Source: Candidatus Omnitrophota bacterium (lineage in GTDB: Bacteria; Omnitrophota; Gorgyraeia; Zapsychrales; Fredricksoniimonadaceae). From it: a stretch of 64,000 nt of DNA. The notes beneath the pieces were generated by a model. That model was not told the origin of the DNA. It made no database searches and saw only the letters and a program-made list of their open reading frames with translations. Position numbers and translations under genes: made by a program. The stretch lies in assembly GCA_015233675.1 (NCBI GenBank), contig JADFXH010000001.1, positions 12,563 through 76,562 on the forward strand, given 5' to 3'. Positions 47,319 through 57,036 of this stretch are shown here, in pieces. Position 1 is the first letter of the stretch; each line of letters opens with the position of its first letter.

Positions 47319-50300
47319 TTAATTCAAAAAAACATCTATACGATCGACGGCGCCTTCGCGCACATCCAGGGCTTGAGATTCACTCAATACTCCGGCGTCG
47401 ATTTTTACTATTTTCTGGTTGGGGTAGGTAAGTACGATTTTTTGTGCCTTGACGCCTTGATTGCCAAAAGTGTCTTTTAACTTAGGGTTATGATAGACCA
47501 CCATTATTTTTGCAAATAACTTAAAACTATAAGTATGTGCCGCAAATTCACCCTTTGCTTTTTCGGTAAATAACCACGATGGCAATATTGGTTCAAACCT
47601 TAACGTCAACGCCCCATGATCATCCAACACAAAAGGTTTAAGCCCCATATTCATTACCAGCCAAATATGTAAAAATTCGGCAGTACTGCCAGAAAGCCTG
47701 GCTACAAAACCCTGTCCATGCAAATTCTTATCTTCGTGGGCTGAGGACGCTATAAAAGAAGAATTTTGTAATATGCTGCGGCCATATTTTATCGGGTCCA
47801 AAAATGGGACCAAAGATCCTCGGATCTCTGTAAAAAATTCTTTGGCCAATCCGCAACGAAGAAGCTCCAAGAAATATTTATATTCCATGTGCAGCCATAT
47901 AGATTCATTCTCAAGCCAGCCTGACGGAAAAATACGGGTACGGCCGATTTCATCGGTTTCTTTGAATAGATCCGTATTGACCTTGTACATCCCAAGCTCA
48001 CGGTCATACAGTTTACTTGATCTAACCGCTTTATAAAGAAGTCCTGCAACACGGGGCTGACTCTGTACGCGCAGGGCGTGCACAAAGCCTTCTAAAAACA
48101 AAGGCAAATCATGCCGTTTAAAGGCATTAGCCCGGACATGATGTTGACCGTGATGCGACTTATCTAATAGATCATACTCTGTTACTTCGTGATAAAAGTA
48201 GGTGGCAAAAAGACCGTTGTCATACCTGGCTCTCCCAATACCCTCATCACACCTTTTAATAACGCCATTTAGGAATTCTTTGATATCAGCGATGGTTAAA
48301 ATCTTTTCCTGACCTTTGATGCCGTAACGGATGGTATGGCGGAAATGCTCTTTGAGGTCGTTTGACTTCTGCCAATATTTTAAAGGATCCGCTTCCATAG
48401 ATAATACATGCGTTAGTCCCTGAATAAAATCCGCCAATTCTTCAAAAACCAAGACCGTTGATTCATTATCCAATTTCAATTGGTCCAACGCTTTTCTTAC
48501 AAAAACAGCGAAGCGTTTAACTTCAAAAGTTTCAGAGATAGACGATCCCAGCAAACCCGGTAAGCCGTTAAGAGAATCATACCAATTAGGCTTGTTAGCT
48601 TCCATTTCGATCCCGATACCGCTAGGATCAAGGGTCGCGGCTTTATTGGCCAATAAACAGATCAATTTAACCAATAAAATTGTCGTATAAACCTCCCCAT
48701 GCCCATCCTCCGCGCGTAATTTATACCCCTTGGACTTAGCCTGGACCTTTGTGTCTGCCTCGGCCAAGGAATGGTATTGTCTGACACCGGTGGTGGTTAA
48801 AACATAACGAGCTTCGCGGGGCAGTACGTAAAAATCATTCAAAAAGAAATTAAAAACCTTTTTCTCCCAAAAAATTTCCCTGAGTTTTTCGGGATAAAGA
48901 TTTAAAAAACTTTCAACCAAATCCAAATTATAGCTCCAATGATCGGTCCAAAAACCTTCCTGCGGCTCAGCTGATTCCTGTTTGGTGCATAACCCTAAAA
49001 CTCTTGTCAAGAAATCATCCGCTTGTCCCTTAATAGGGATTTCACGCATGACAAGTTTTAACAAATCCCCGGGCATAAAACCTTTTTTAAGAATTTCTTT
49101 AAGCTGGTCCGCTCCATGGACAATGCCATATTCGCCCAAAAGCCCCGGGATATTCCCCTCATCCTTAATGACAAAAATGGCGCCTTTCACAACCAAAGGG
49201 TTGTAGCCATCAGCTTGAATTAAATTCAGAAAATTAATAAGGCTGCTGTCCTTGACATCCCTGTTAAACCAGACATCGTTGCGGCGATTTTGGTTGACAT
49301 CACGGTAATTGCCATTGCCCTGAGAAAGAAAAGTAGGTGCCAGCATAAAAAAATTATAATCACGTTCCAGGTCCCCGTGCTTGCGGCTATAGACATTTAA
49401 GGACGTAGGGCCTTGCGCGGTTTGCAATGATACCGGCAGCCCGCCGCGTAGGATATTATCCAGGAAATTTTGAGCGCAATATTGGTCAAACTCGATTGAT
49501 GCGCTATGGGTGAAACAGTAATCCTTGATCTCATCAATGATCTGACGATTAAGCCCTGCCTTTTCTTCAATATAATTCTTGCCAGTTGCTTTTTTGACCA
49601 CTTTCTTTAATTCGGTCAAATCATGGGCAAAGCCCGCCATCGCCGTGAAACAATGCTTATTACCGCCTGCAAGGGAAAAATGACAAACACTCATTGCCGA
49701 CGGCGTGCGATTAGCGGTTTGCTGATGGGCAGGAGCTAAAAAATCCTTTTGCCGTAAAAAATTTTCCGGCACCAGGAAATCGCTGGCGTGGCCGAAAACG
49801 CATGATGCCTCAACAATCACATCAAGCAGCTTGGCAGTATCTGAGTCAAAAGCAAAATAAAAATTCCCCTCATTGATGGGCGTTACCTGCGGGGTATCAG
49901 CCACCTCGACCTTCAAGCGGTAAAAAGGGGCCTTATTCTTGATGTTATCTACGGCTATCCATGCCTCCACGGTACGGCTCATATGTTTGCCAAGCCAGTC
50001 TTTAAGGCCATACGAATTAATGCTGGGCAGCCCATCAACGCATTGGATGTCTAATTTCTTGCGGCCCGTATTCTCGACGGTAACGCGGCGCACCAGACCG
50101 GCAAAAGGCTCTTGAGGCATGGTGAAATAATTGACAACGATCCTTAATCCCAGTGTTGTATTTATTTCTTCAATGGTCAGATCATGGCTGGTGATCCGCA
50201 TACGTTGATGGATCTTATACGGGGAGACAAAGCTGTTGGCAAAAGGCTCATAAAATTTTTGGCTTCGATCATCGCCGATTTTTAAAAAAGTCCTGAAGCC

Positions 50301-50534
50301 CGTAATTGAAGATAAACGATAGGCCTTATTGGCCGGTTGGAATTCTAAAATAGCTTTATCTTTGGATTCGATCCCAAATGAGCTGACTGCCTGACCGCGG
50401 TTGACATAAAAAGCCCACATGGGAATCCCGTATAAACCGGACACCCCGGGGAAAAAATCAGCAAATAATTTAGCATGCTGATAATCTTCGATGACAAAAA
50501 CACCGTTATCATCTAAATAATAAGGTTTATTCAT
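47319..50534 (-). CDS. Large (1071 aa) cytoplasmic hypothetical protein; very tentatively glycoside phosphorylase/hydrolase-like
   Basis: Long uninterrupted ORF with no signal peptide. N-terminus [14 protein letters not shown] is reminiscent of GH94-type phosphorylase N-termini, and a polysaccharide deacetylase lies next door. The function is not established. Confidence 0.5.
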   Translation of the reverse strand: MNKPYYLDDNGVFVIEDYQHAKLFADFFPGVSGLYGIPMWAFYVNRGQAVSSFGIESKDKAILEFQPANKAYRLSSITGFRTFLKIGDDRSQKFYEPFANSFVSPYKIHQRMRITSHDLTIEEINTTLGLRIVVNYFTMPQEPFAGLVRRVTVENTGRKKLDIQCVDGLPSINSYGLKDWLGKHMSRTVEAWIAVDNIKNKAPFYRLKVEVADTPQVTPINEGNFYFAFDSDTAKLLDVIVEASCVFGHASDFLVPENFLRQKDFLAPAHQQTANRTPSAMSVCHFSLAGGNKHCFTAMAGFAHDLTELKKVVKKATGKNYIEEKAGLNRQIIDEIKDYCFTHSASIEFDQYCAQNFLDNILRGGLPVSLQTAQGPTSLNVYSRKHGDLERDYNFFMLAPTFLSQGNGNYRDVNQNRRNDVWFNRDVKDSSLINFLNLIQADGYNPLVVKGAIFVIKDEGNIPGLLGEYGIVHGADQLKEILKKGFMPGDLLKLVMREIPIKGQADDFLTRVLGLCTKQESAEPQEGFWTDHWSYNLDLVESFLNLYPEKLREIFWEKKVFNFFLNDFYVLPREARYVLTTTGVRQYHSLAEADTKVQAKSKGYKLRAEDGHGEVYTTILLVKLICLLANKAATLDPSGIGIEMEANKPNWYDSLNGLPGLLGSSISETFEVKRFAVFVRKALDQLKLDNESTVLVFEELADFIQGLTHVLSMEADPLKYWQKSNDLKEHFRHTIRYGIKGQEKILTIADIKEFLNGVIKRCDEGIGRARYDNGLFATYFYHEVTEYDLLDKSHHGQHHVRANAFKRHDLPLFLEGFVHALRVQSQPRVAGLLYKAVRSSKLYDRELGMYKVNTDLFKETDEIGRTRIFPSGWLENESIWLHMEYKYFLELLRCGLAKEFFTEIRGSLVPFLDPIKYGRSILQNSSFIASSAHEDKNLHGQGFVARLSGSTAEFLHIWLVMNMGLKPFVLDDHGALTLRFEPILPSWLFTEKAKGEFAAHTYSFKLFAKIMVVYHNPKLKDTFGNQGVKAQKIVLTYPNQKIVKIDAGVLSESQALDVREGAVDRIDVFLN

Positions 50535-51345
50535 AAAAACCCTTATGTTGTGATACCCCGCATTTCCTAGAATGGCGGAATAAATTATAATAACCAGATA
50601 ATTTAAACCATAAAACTATTCCGGAATATTGGTCGTCCGTATTGTTCATATGAATACGCTTAATCTCATACAAATCCATATTAAACTTGTTTTTGCCCCT
50701 ATTAGTAGTTACAGCGGCCTTGTAGCCTGCTTTTTGGACAAGGCCTTTGACTTCTTTGGTAAATCCGCCAGTGGGGTAAGCAAAATAATCAATACTGTGC
50801 CCTAAATGGTCTTCAATCACTTTTTTACTGCCCACTATTTCATCCTGAGCTCTCATCAAGTCCAATTCGGGCAAATAAGGATGGCGCCGCGTATGCGCCC
50901 CGGCTAGAATGTCGTACTTTTCCATTTCCTTCATTTCATCCCATGTTAAAAAACCAGGAGAATTTATTATATCCGATATTAAAAATATCATTGCAGGAAA
51001 ACCATATTTTTTTAGAATTGGGAAAGCATACTTATAATTATCTTCATAACCATCATCAAATTGTATAACAACGGTATTGCGGGAAAACTGATGGCCTTCT
51101 TTGATGCCTCGCACCAGACTATCAAAACTGATGACTTGAAAACCATGGCGCTTTATAAAATTCATCTGATAATCAAATGATTTTTCACTAACGGTATTAA
51201 GGCGCCACTTACACGAAGGGACACCCACATGGTGGTACGTCAAAATAGGCACGACATAACGGTCACGCAGCCAAAGAGAAAAACCGATGGACCCAATGAT
51301 AATTATGGCAACTAAAACCAAAAGAAAATTTCTTACAACACGCAT
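50527..51345 (-). CDS. Polysaccharide deacetylase (NodB homology domain), membrane-anchored
   Basis: ORF 50527..51432. The likely start is MRVVRNFLL at 51345. Motifs FDDGYEDNY and HTRRHPYL. Confidence 0.82.
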   Translation of the reverse strand: MRVVRNFLLVLVAIIIIGSIGFSLWLRDRYVVPILTYHHVGVPSCKWRLNTVSEKSFDYQMNFIKRHGFQVISFDSLVRGIKEGHQFSRNTVVIQFDDGYEDNYKYAFPILKKYGFPAMIFLISDIINSPGFLTWDEMKEMEKYDILAGAHTRRHPYLPELDLMRAQDEIVGSKKVIEDHLGHSIDYFAYPTGGFTKEVKGLVQKAGYKAAVTTNRGKNKFNMDLYEIKRIHMNNTDDQYSGIVLWFKLSGYYNLFRHSRKCGVSQHKGFYE

Positions 51346-51352
51346 AGAGGTC

Positions 51353-51805
51353 TTATATTTTAGATAAATGTTCTTTGACAAGAGCGCTAACCGCTTGATT
51401 GTCTGCCTGCCCTGCCACGCGGCCCAGGACATCTTTCATGACCCTGCCCATATCCTTGATGGATGTGGCTTTACTTGCCAAAATCACTTCTTCAACGATA
51501 TTCTTCAATTGTTCCGCAGACATTTCAGCAGGAAGGTATTTTTTTAAAATCACTAATTCTTTTTCTTCCTTTTGGGCCAAATCAATGCGGCCGCCGGCTT
51601 TAAATTGGGTAATAGAGTCATGACGCTGTTTAGCCTGCTTTTTAATCACACTCACTACATCCTCATCAGAAACCTGTTCCAGGCGTTTATCGACTTTAAC
51701 ATTCTTAATTTGTGCGCGTAAAAAACTCAATACGGACGAGCTAAAAGAATCCCTGGCTTTCATCGCCTGAACATAATCCTGACTGATCTTATCTTCCAAT
51801 GACAT
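51353..51805 (-). CDS. GatB/YqeY-domain protein
   Basis: 150 aa with a YqeY-like sequence (DYVQAMKARD...ELVILKKYLP). Confidence 0.8.
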   Translation of the reverse strand: MSLEDKISQDYVQAMKARDSFSSSVLSFLRAQIKNVKVDKRLEQVSDEDVVSVIKKQAKQRHDSITQFKAGGRIDLAQKEEKELVILKKYLPAEMSAEQLKNIVEEVILASKATSIKDMGRVMKDVLGRVAGQADNQAVSALVKEHLSKI

Positions 51806-51879
51806 ACTTGTCTCCTTCCTTAAAATTCCACAAGCATTTCCATTGATTAGGTCGGGCCAACGCCCTTAAAAATTAAATA

Positions 51880-51979
51880 GTTCTGTCAAAATTCTTACAG
51901 GCTAATACTGATATAAAGATTTTAGCCAAAACAAAATATCGATATCAGCCGTCCACGCATTTCATAAAACTTTTGACCC
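51880..51979. repeat. Palindromic intergenic element, copy E (scaffold with a short hairpin cargo)
   Basis: gttctgtcaaaattcttacaggc[taatactgatat...atatcgatatcag]ccgtccacgcatttcataaaacttttgaccc. Confidence 0.8.
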
Positions 51980-51985
51980 AACCAA

Positions 51986-52210
51986 TTAAATTCTCAATAT
52001 ATTAACGACTTTATGTCGGGATTTCAACCCTTTTACGATTTCAATTTCCGACCTTCTAACTTTATAATGATCTGCTAAAAAATCAATCAATGCCTCATTA
52101 GCCCTGCCTTCAACAGGCGGCGCTGTCAAATAGATCTTAATGATATCCCCATCCTCTTTCCACAAATTCTTTTTAGCGCCAGGGATGACTTTGACTTGAA
52201 GCTTCATCAA
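51986..52210 (-). CDS. DUF167 (YggU-like) protein
   Basis: 74 aa with VKVIPGAKKN...GRANEALIDFLA. Confidence 0.8.
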   Translation of the reverse strand: MMKLQVKVIPGAKKNLWKEDGDIIKIYLTAPPVEGRANEALIDFLADHYKVRRSEIEIVKGLKSRHKVVNILRI

Positions 52211-52281
52211 CTATTACCCAATAAAAAAAGGACGTATGATGCTCCAAACGCCCCTTAAACCTTACTTGACAAGATCCACAA

Positions 52282-53082
52282 TTATTGAACAATTTTGACA
52301 TCAATGGCAAAGGTTTTCTTGGTGCCATCAGGATTTTGCGGCTGGCCATTACGCATCATAAACCCGCTGTTGCCGTTTAAACCTGCCAGACGGTCTTTTT
52401 CTTTCTGGGCTGCGACTTTGGCAAAAAAGGTTTCCTGCTTTAAATAATGCATACGGCTTTTGACTAATTTTATCTTATTCTGGAATAAAATAATCAGAGA
52501 CTTCCCTTCTTCAGGATTGGAAAATTCGGCTTCAAAAGCGCGCAGCTGGTTCTTTAAATCTGTCAACTGAAGGCTGACCTGGGAATCTTTATCTTTCAAA
52601 GTCTTAATCCTGGTTTGTAACTCATTAATGTTTTGTACATTTTCTGAATTACGCAATTCATCCAATCCCAGCAATTCTTTCTTTAACTTAGTGTTTTCTT
52701 CCTGGGCCGAGGCAAGCATTCCCTGGGTTTGAGAAAGCATGCCCTTGGTCGTCTCCAACTCTGCAGTTACCTGGTTTAATTGGCGGTTAACTTCTTCAAG
52801 TTTACGGGTAGTTTCATCCAACTCGACTTTGGTTTCTTTATATTTTCCGACATAGGTCCTATAATTGACCGCAGAGTGATCACCAGCAACTAATGCCAGC
52901 TGGACTGATTTAGAAAGGACACTGGAATTTTGATTCTGTAAATTAAGCACAAAAACAGTCATAGCAATCATTATTAAGGAAAGAATAATACCTACTAATC
53001 TTTTAAAGTAAGTATGCTGGCGGCGAGTTTCGACGCTTGTATCAAGTTTGGGTTCCTGCTGATTTAATACTGTCTCTGCCAC
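52282..53082 (-). CDS. Membrane-anchored coiled-coil protein
   Basis: 266 aa. GTG start with AGGAGG upstream, one TM helix, then a long heptad-like region. Confidence 0.55.
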   Translation of the reverse strand: MAETVLNQQEPKLDTSVETRRQHTYFKRLVGIILSLIMIAMTVFVLNLQNQNSSVLSKSVQLALVAGDHSAVNYRTYVGKYKETKVELDETTRKLEEVNRQLNQVTAELETTKGMLSQTQGMLASAQEENTKLKKELLGLDELRNSENVQNINELQTRIKTLKDKDSQVSLQLTDLKNQLRAFEAEFSNPEEGKSLIILFQNKIKLVKSRMHYLKQETFFAKVAAQKEKDRLAGLNGNSGFMMRNGQPQNPDGTKKTFAIDVKIVQ

Positions 53083-53177
53083 TTCATTACCTCCTGGAAT
53101 TAAAAAACCAAATTAGCTTAAATTTTCAGATCTGCCACAACGGAAAAAATTACAATTTTCAAAAACATTATTAGATT

Positions 53178-53206
53178 ATTCTAACCTTGTGCCCCTAAAA
53201 GAGCAA
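53178..53206 (-). promoter_or_regulatory. Candidate promoter of the coiled-coil gene
   Basis: Minus strand reads TTGCTC-17 nt-TAGAAT. Confidence 0.35.
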
Positions 53207-53217
53207 GAAAAATTCCT

Positions 53218-53242
53218 GGATCCCCGCTTTCGCGGGAATGAC
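53218..53242. repeat. REP-like hairpin (ggatccccgc-tttc-gcgggaatgac)
   Basis: GC stem. Located between the Smr gene stop and the next candidate promoter. Confidence 0.7.
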
Positions 53243-53270
53243 AATTTGAATTTACACACAATATGGTATA

Positions 53271-53522
53271 TCACCTAAAATGGACAAATACCCTGCCAAA
53301 ATTCTTGTCATCTTTTTCAATGCGGTGATAAAGCGCTTTGATATGCTTTTGTTCTAAAAACCGCAATACATGTTTTTTTAACTGTCCACTGCCCTTGCCC
53401 GGAATAATTTCTACCAGAGAGATGCCGCGATCAACTGCCTCTTGGATCACCCTGTTTAGTTCCGCGTCAATGGAAGATCCGCGGTTAAAAATATCATGCA
53501 AATCTAATTTAATTTTAGCCAT
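53271..53522 (-). CDS. Smr-domain protein
   Basis: 83 aa with LDLHD... and IPGKGSGQLK. Confidence 0.75.
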   Translation of the reverse strand: MAKIKLDLHDIFNRGSSIDAELNRVIQEAVDRGISLVEIIPGKGSGQLKKHVLRFLEQKHIKALYHRIEKDDKNFGRVFVHFR

Positions 53523-53534
53523 AATCGAAATCCC

Positions 53535-54137
53535 CTAAAAAATCCCAAAAATTTTCTTCTTTTCCACTTCAAAGCCGTCGGCCTTAATGCGGTAGAGTCC
53601 GATAAAATCACTTCCCTCAAACTTAGGGCCGACATCAAAAGTGCCGTAAATGGTAATCGGCTCATCAAATTGATCATCTTTTATATCAAATCCCTCAGGG
53701 GCCGCCGCATTTCCCAGCATCCATTGATCATAGCCCAACATAGCGCAAAACAAACAGGTTACTAATTGATCGGCAAACAGGAACTCCTTAGTAGTCTTAC
53801 CGCTGCTATTAGCTAAGGGAATCACAAAACCTTTAATAGCCACCTTCTTGCCATTTAAAACCTCTATCTGTTTTGGAACAGGTATGGGTTTTTTAGTCCC
53901 TTTGGTAATATTACCGTCCGGATGCTCGACATCAACCGGAGGCCTGTAATTAAAATAAAGATCATCAAAAGAAACAACTTGATAATTTATATTATTCCTT
54001 ACAAATTTTAAAGGCTCTGCCCCCAGCCTCGGTTGGGATTGGGGCCATGCCGGATAGGCAGCCAAAAGAATGCACGCGCATAAAAAAGCCCAGCGTAAAG
54101 ATTTTGGTTTTCTATTTCTATTAAGATTTTCTACCAT
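53535..54137 (-). CDS. Secreted protein, possibly DUF3299-like accessory of the metal ABC transporter
   Basis: 200 aa. Signal peptide, then GKKVAIKGFVIPL...EFLFADQLVTCLFC. Operon position is downstream of the transporter genes. Confidence 0.4.
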   Translation of the reverse strand: MVENLNRNRKPKSLRWAFLCACILLAAYPAWPQSQPRLGAEPLKFVRNNINYQVVSFDDLYFNYRPPVDVEHPDGNITKGTKKPIPVPKQIEVLNGKKVAIKGFVIPLANSSGKTTKEFLFADQLVTCLFCAMLGYDQWMLGNAAAPEGFDIKDDQFDEPITIYGTFDVGPKFEGSDFIGLYRIKADGFEVEKKKIFGIF

Positions 54138-54146
54138 GATCCATTC

Positions 54147-54974
54147 TTACCACATAGATTTCTGAATAAATTTATAAAGCCAGACGACAGCAAAAATCAA
54201 CGAGCAAAAAATCACAATCGACGCTCCCGAAGCAGAACCAAAATAATAGGAGAGATAAATTCCCCCTATAGCGGATAATACCGCAAAAAAACATGATAAT
54301 GCGATCATTCGCCCTAAGCGGTCTGTCAAAAGCCTTGCCGCTGCCACAGGTATAACCAAAAGGGCATTCGTTAATACCGTCCCCACCGCTTGAATGCCGA
54401 CAACAACGGTAAAGGATAAAAATAATAAAATCCCATAATGCAAGGCCTTAACAGGCATACCGATGGTTTGGGCATAGTCGGGGTCAACGGTAAATAATTT
54501 TAATTCTTTATAAAACAAAAACAGGACAATAAGAGAAACAGCCGCGATCAGCATGATCAAATGCAAATCACCTTGCGTCACTCCCAAAATATTGCCAAAA
54601 AGCATGGAAAACAAGTCCCTGAATGATCTGGTCGTGCTGATAAGCAAAATACCAAAAGCAAACATGATATTAGGGATCATGCCGACTAAGGTATCTTCAT
54701 AAACCGATTCATCCCGGGCCAAAAATCCAATACCCAACGCTGTCAATACAGTAGCAATTAATGCTCCGGCAAAAAGACTTCCCCCCAGCAAATATGCGAT
54801 AACCAGTCCCGGTAAAGCACTGTGTGTTAAAGCATGACCGACAACTGCCATCCGTCTTAAAACGACAAAAGTCCCCAAAGCGGCGCAAAGCAAACCGATG
54901 ATCACAGCCGCGATAACCGCACGCTGAATAAATGCATATTGAAAAGGATCAGTTAAATAATGCAAAAGGGCCAA
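54147..54974 (-). CDS. Metal (Zn/Mn) ABC transporter permease, ABC-3 family
   Basis: 275 aa, polytopic, ZnuB/MntB/TroCD-like. Confidence 0.85.
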   Translation of the reverse strand: MALLHYLTDPFQYAFIQRAVIAAVIIGLLCAALGTFVVLRRMAVVGHALTHSALPGLVIAYLLGGSLFAGALIATVLTALGIGFLARDESVYEDTLVGMIPNIMFAFGILLISTTRSFRDLFSMLFGNILGVTQGDLHLIMLIAAVSLIVLFLFYKELKLFTVDPDYAQTIGMPVKALHYGILLFLSFTVVVGIQAVGTVLTNALLVIPVAAARLLTDRLGRMIALSCFFAVLSAIGGIYLSYYFGSASGASIVIFCSLIFAVVWLYKFIQKSMW

Positions 54975-54978
54975 TTCC

Positions 54979-55686
54979 TTAACCTCCGATCTTTTTACCG
55001 TCTTTTAAATAAATAGCCTTATCGTAACGGGACTCTTCCTGGTCATAATAATGGGTCGCTACAATCACCGTTTTCCCTTGAGCTTTAATTTTATGTAAAA
55101 CCTCACTGACCGTCTGGCGGGTACTCTCATCTACCGCGTTAAGCGGTTCATCCAGCAAAAGCAAATCCGCGTTTTGAGCCAAGGCTCGGGCGATCAACAC
55201 CCTCTGCTGCTGACCGCCGGAAAGTTTACTAATCTGACGATCAGCCAAATCCAAGACGTTCATTTCTTTAAGAGAATGACTGGCAATTTCAATATCTTTC
55301 TTCTGAGGCCGATTAAACCAGCCTAAATAAACATACCGCCCCATAACAACCAAATCCAGAACACTGATTGGAAAATGCCAGTCGATCTCGCTACGCTGGG
55401 GCAAATAAACTACCCTGTGATGACAAGCTCCTAAAGGATGCCCAAAAACACGAATATTACCTGTACGGACAGGTAAAAGGCCGCAAATGGCTTTAAACAA
55501 AGTTGACTTACCCGCACCATTGGGGCCAACCAAGGCCATGGCTGAACCAGCCGAAACGCTAATATCAATATCCCTGAGAACAAATTTTTCTTCTGAAGGA
55601 TAGGAAACCCCCAGCCCTTGAATTTCCAAAGCAGGCGCTTTAGGGTCAGGAGAACTATGCCTGTGTTGACAATAAGGGAATCTCAT
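54979..55686 (-). CDS. Metal ABC transporter ATP-binding protein
   Basis: Walker A GPNGAGKST, signature LSGGQQQR, Walker B LLLLDEP. Confidence 0.88.
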   Translation of the reverse strand: MRFPYCQHRHSSPDPKAPALEIQGLGVSYPSEEKFVLRDIDISVSAGSAMALVGPNGAGKSTLFKAICGLLPVRTGNIRVFGHPLGACHHRVVYLPQRSEIDWHFPISVLDLVVMGRYVYLGWFNRPQKKDIEIASHSLKEMNVLDLADRQISKLSGGQQQRVLIARALAQNADLLLLDEPLNAVDESTRQTVSEVLHKIKAQGKTVIVATHYYDQEESRYDKAIYLKDGKKIGG

Positions 55687-56594
55687 TTTAAATATTTCCG
55701 AAAAATTTCCACATTGTATTTTATCATACTTAAATAGGTCCCGCCTTCACTGCCGGATGGCCCCAAAGCGTCGGTGTATAACAACGGCCCTATTTCAATA
55801 CCTGCTTCATGGGAAAGCGACCGGGCTAATTTAGGGTTGGCCATGTTTTCTGAAAAGATGACGCAAACACCATTGGCTCTAATAATATTTAACAAATCCG
55901 CTGTTTGCTTTGCGGATGGGTCAGCGGCTTCTGTTGTGGCAGATGGAATTACAGCGCCGATGATTTTAAAGCCATAACGTCCGGCAAAATACCCTAAATC
56001 GTCATGGTTGGTAACTAATTTACGTTTACCTACAGGAATTGAGGCAACTTGGGCCTTGACCCAAGCATCCAGCACTTGGAGTTGTTGGATGTAATTACGG
56101 ACGTTAGAATCATATATGTCCTTATTAAGAGGATCAATGCTCACCAGCGCATCACGAATATTTTTAGTATAAAGGACAACATTGGAAACGTCTTGCCATG
56201 CATGCGGATCAGTTTCATTAGGATTGTCTTCAAAAATTCTTGGGGCAACGCCCTGAGAAACAACGATGCGTTTAGCTTTTGAGCCGCTGGCCATATACAA
56301 TTTATCCAACCAATGTTCCAGGTGTAAGCCGTTTTCAAAAATAATGTCTGCTTTAGCTATACTTACGGAATCTGCCGGGATTGGTTCATATTCGTGAGCA
56401 TCCCCATTGGGGCCAACCAAAACAACTAAATCAACCTTGTCCCCTGCCACATTTTTAAGGACATCACCGATAATACTAATGGTCGCTATCGCTTTAATCT
56501 TTTCGGCGCGGGCAGTGCTTAGCCCAAGTCCAATAATTAAAAAAGCTAATAACATCACCTTCCCGATATTTAAAAACTTTGTCACGTAACTCAT
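55683..56594 (-). CDS. Metal ABC transporter substrate-binding protein (ZnuA/TroA family)
   Basis: ORF 55683..56663. The likely start is MSYVTKFL at 56594. Signal peptide and DPHAW motif. Confidence 0.85.
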   Translation of the reverse strand: MSYVTKFLNIGKVMLLAFLIIGLGLSTARAEKIKAIATISIIGDVLKNVAGDKVDLVVLVGPNGDAHEYEPIPADSVSIAKADIIFENGLHLEHWLDKLYMASGSKAKRIVVSQGVAPRIFEDNPNETDPHAWQDVSNVVLYTKNIRDALVSIDPLNKDIYDSNVRNYIQQLQVLDAWVKAQVASIPVGKRKLVTNHDDLGYFAGRYGFKIIGAVIPSATTEAADPSAKQTADLLNIIRANGVCVIFSENMANPKLARSLSHEAGIEIGPLLYTDALGPSGSEGGTYLSMIKYNVEIFRKYLK

Positions 56595-56618
56595 AAACTT
56601 CTTCCTTCTGCAAAAAAC

Positions 56619-57014
56619 GGTTATGTCAAAAGTTATATGAAAAATGCAATGGACGGCTGACACCGATATGTTCCTCCTGCTAAAATTTGACGTTCACGCT
56701 GGTACCGTTGTTGCCCAAAAAATTGGTCACGCGAAAGCTCCTGCCGAATGCAATGTTGTCAAATTTCTATACGCAGGAGAAACATATCGGTATCAGCCTG
56801 CGCAAAATTTACGTGTTATGCATGAGAAGAGATATTGTTTGCGAAACATTCAGGGATTTTTCGCCAAAAGTTGGCTAGGATTTACAACGAAAATGTTCCA
56901 AATGAAGAGAAACTTTAGAACATTTTTGCTGTAAACCGACGCCAACGGCGAAAATATCCCGTTGAGCAAATAATATCTCTTCTCATGCATAACCTGCAAG
57001 AATTTTGACAGAAC
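56619..57014. repeat. Compound palindromic element, copy F (inverted scaffold carrying two hairpins: 56657-56796 and the family-1 copy at 56815-56993)
   Basis: Left end ggttatgtcaaaagttatatgaaaaatgcaatggacgg; right end cctgcaagaattttgacagaac. Fills the whole spacer between the TPR gene and the substrate-binding-protein gene. Confidence 0.85.
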
Positions 57015-57036
57015 CCAAAAAGCCTCATGGATCAAT

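Noticed and set aside
56895-56927. 8-10 codon micro-ORF in the conserved apical loop (ATG AAG AGA AAC TTT AG.. = MKRNFR...) present in all five family-1 copies.
   Set aside because: There is no SD upstream. The stop position and length vary (8-10 aa). In three copies the micro-ORF is on the strand antisense to local transcription. It is more simply a by-product of the conserved loop sequence, though worth a look in ribosome profiling.
57001-57014. The outward-facing TTGACA hexamers at both ends of the scaffold acting as -35 boxes for the downstream genes.
   Set aside because: No acceptable -10 hexamer follows at 16-19 nt in any copy, and the SD/ATG begins only about 15-30 nt downstream, which is too close for a -35. 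Better promoter matches lie upstream of the elements at two loci.
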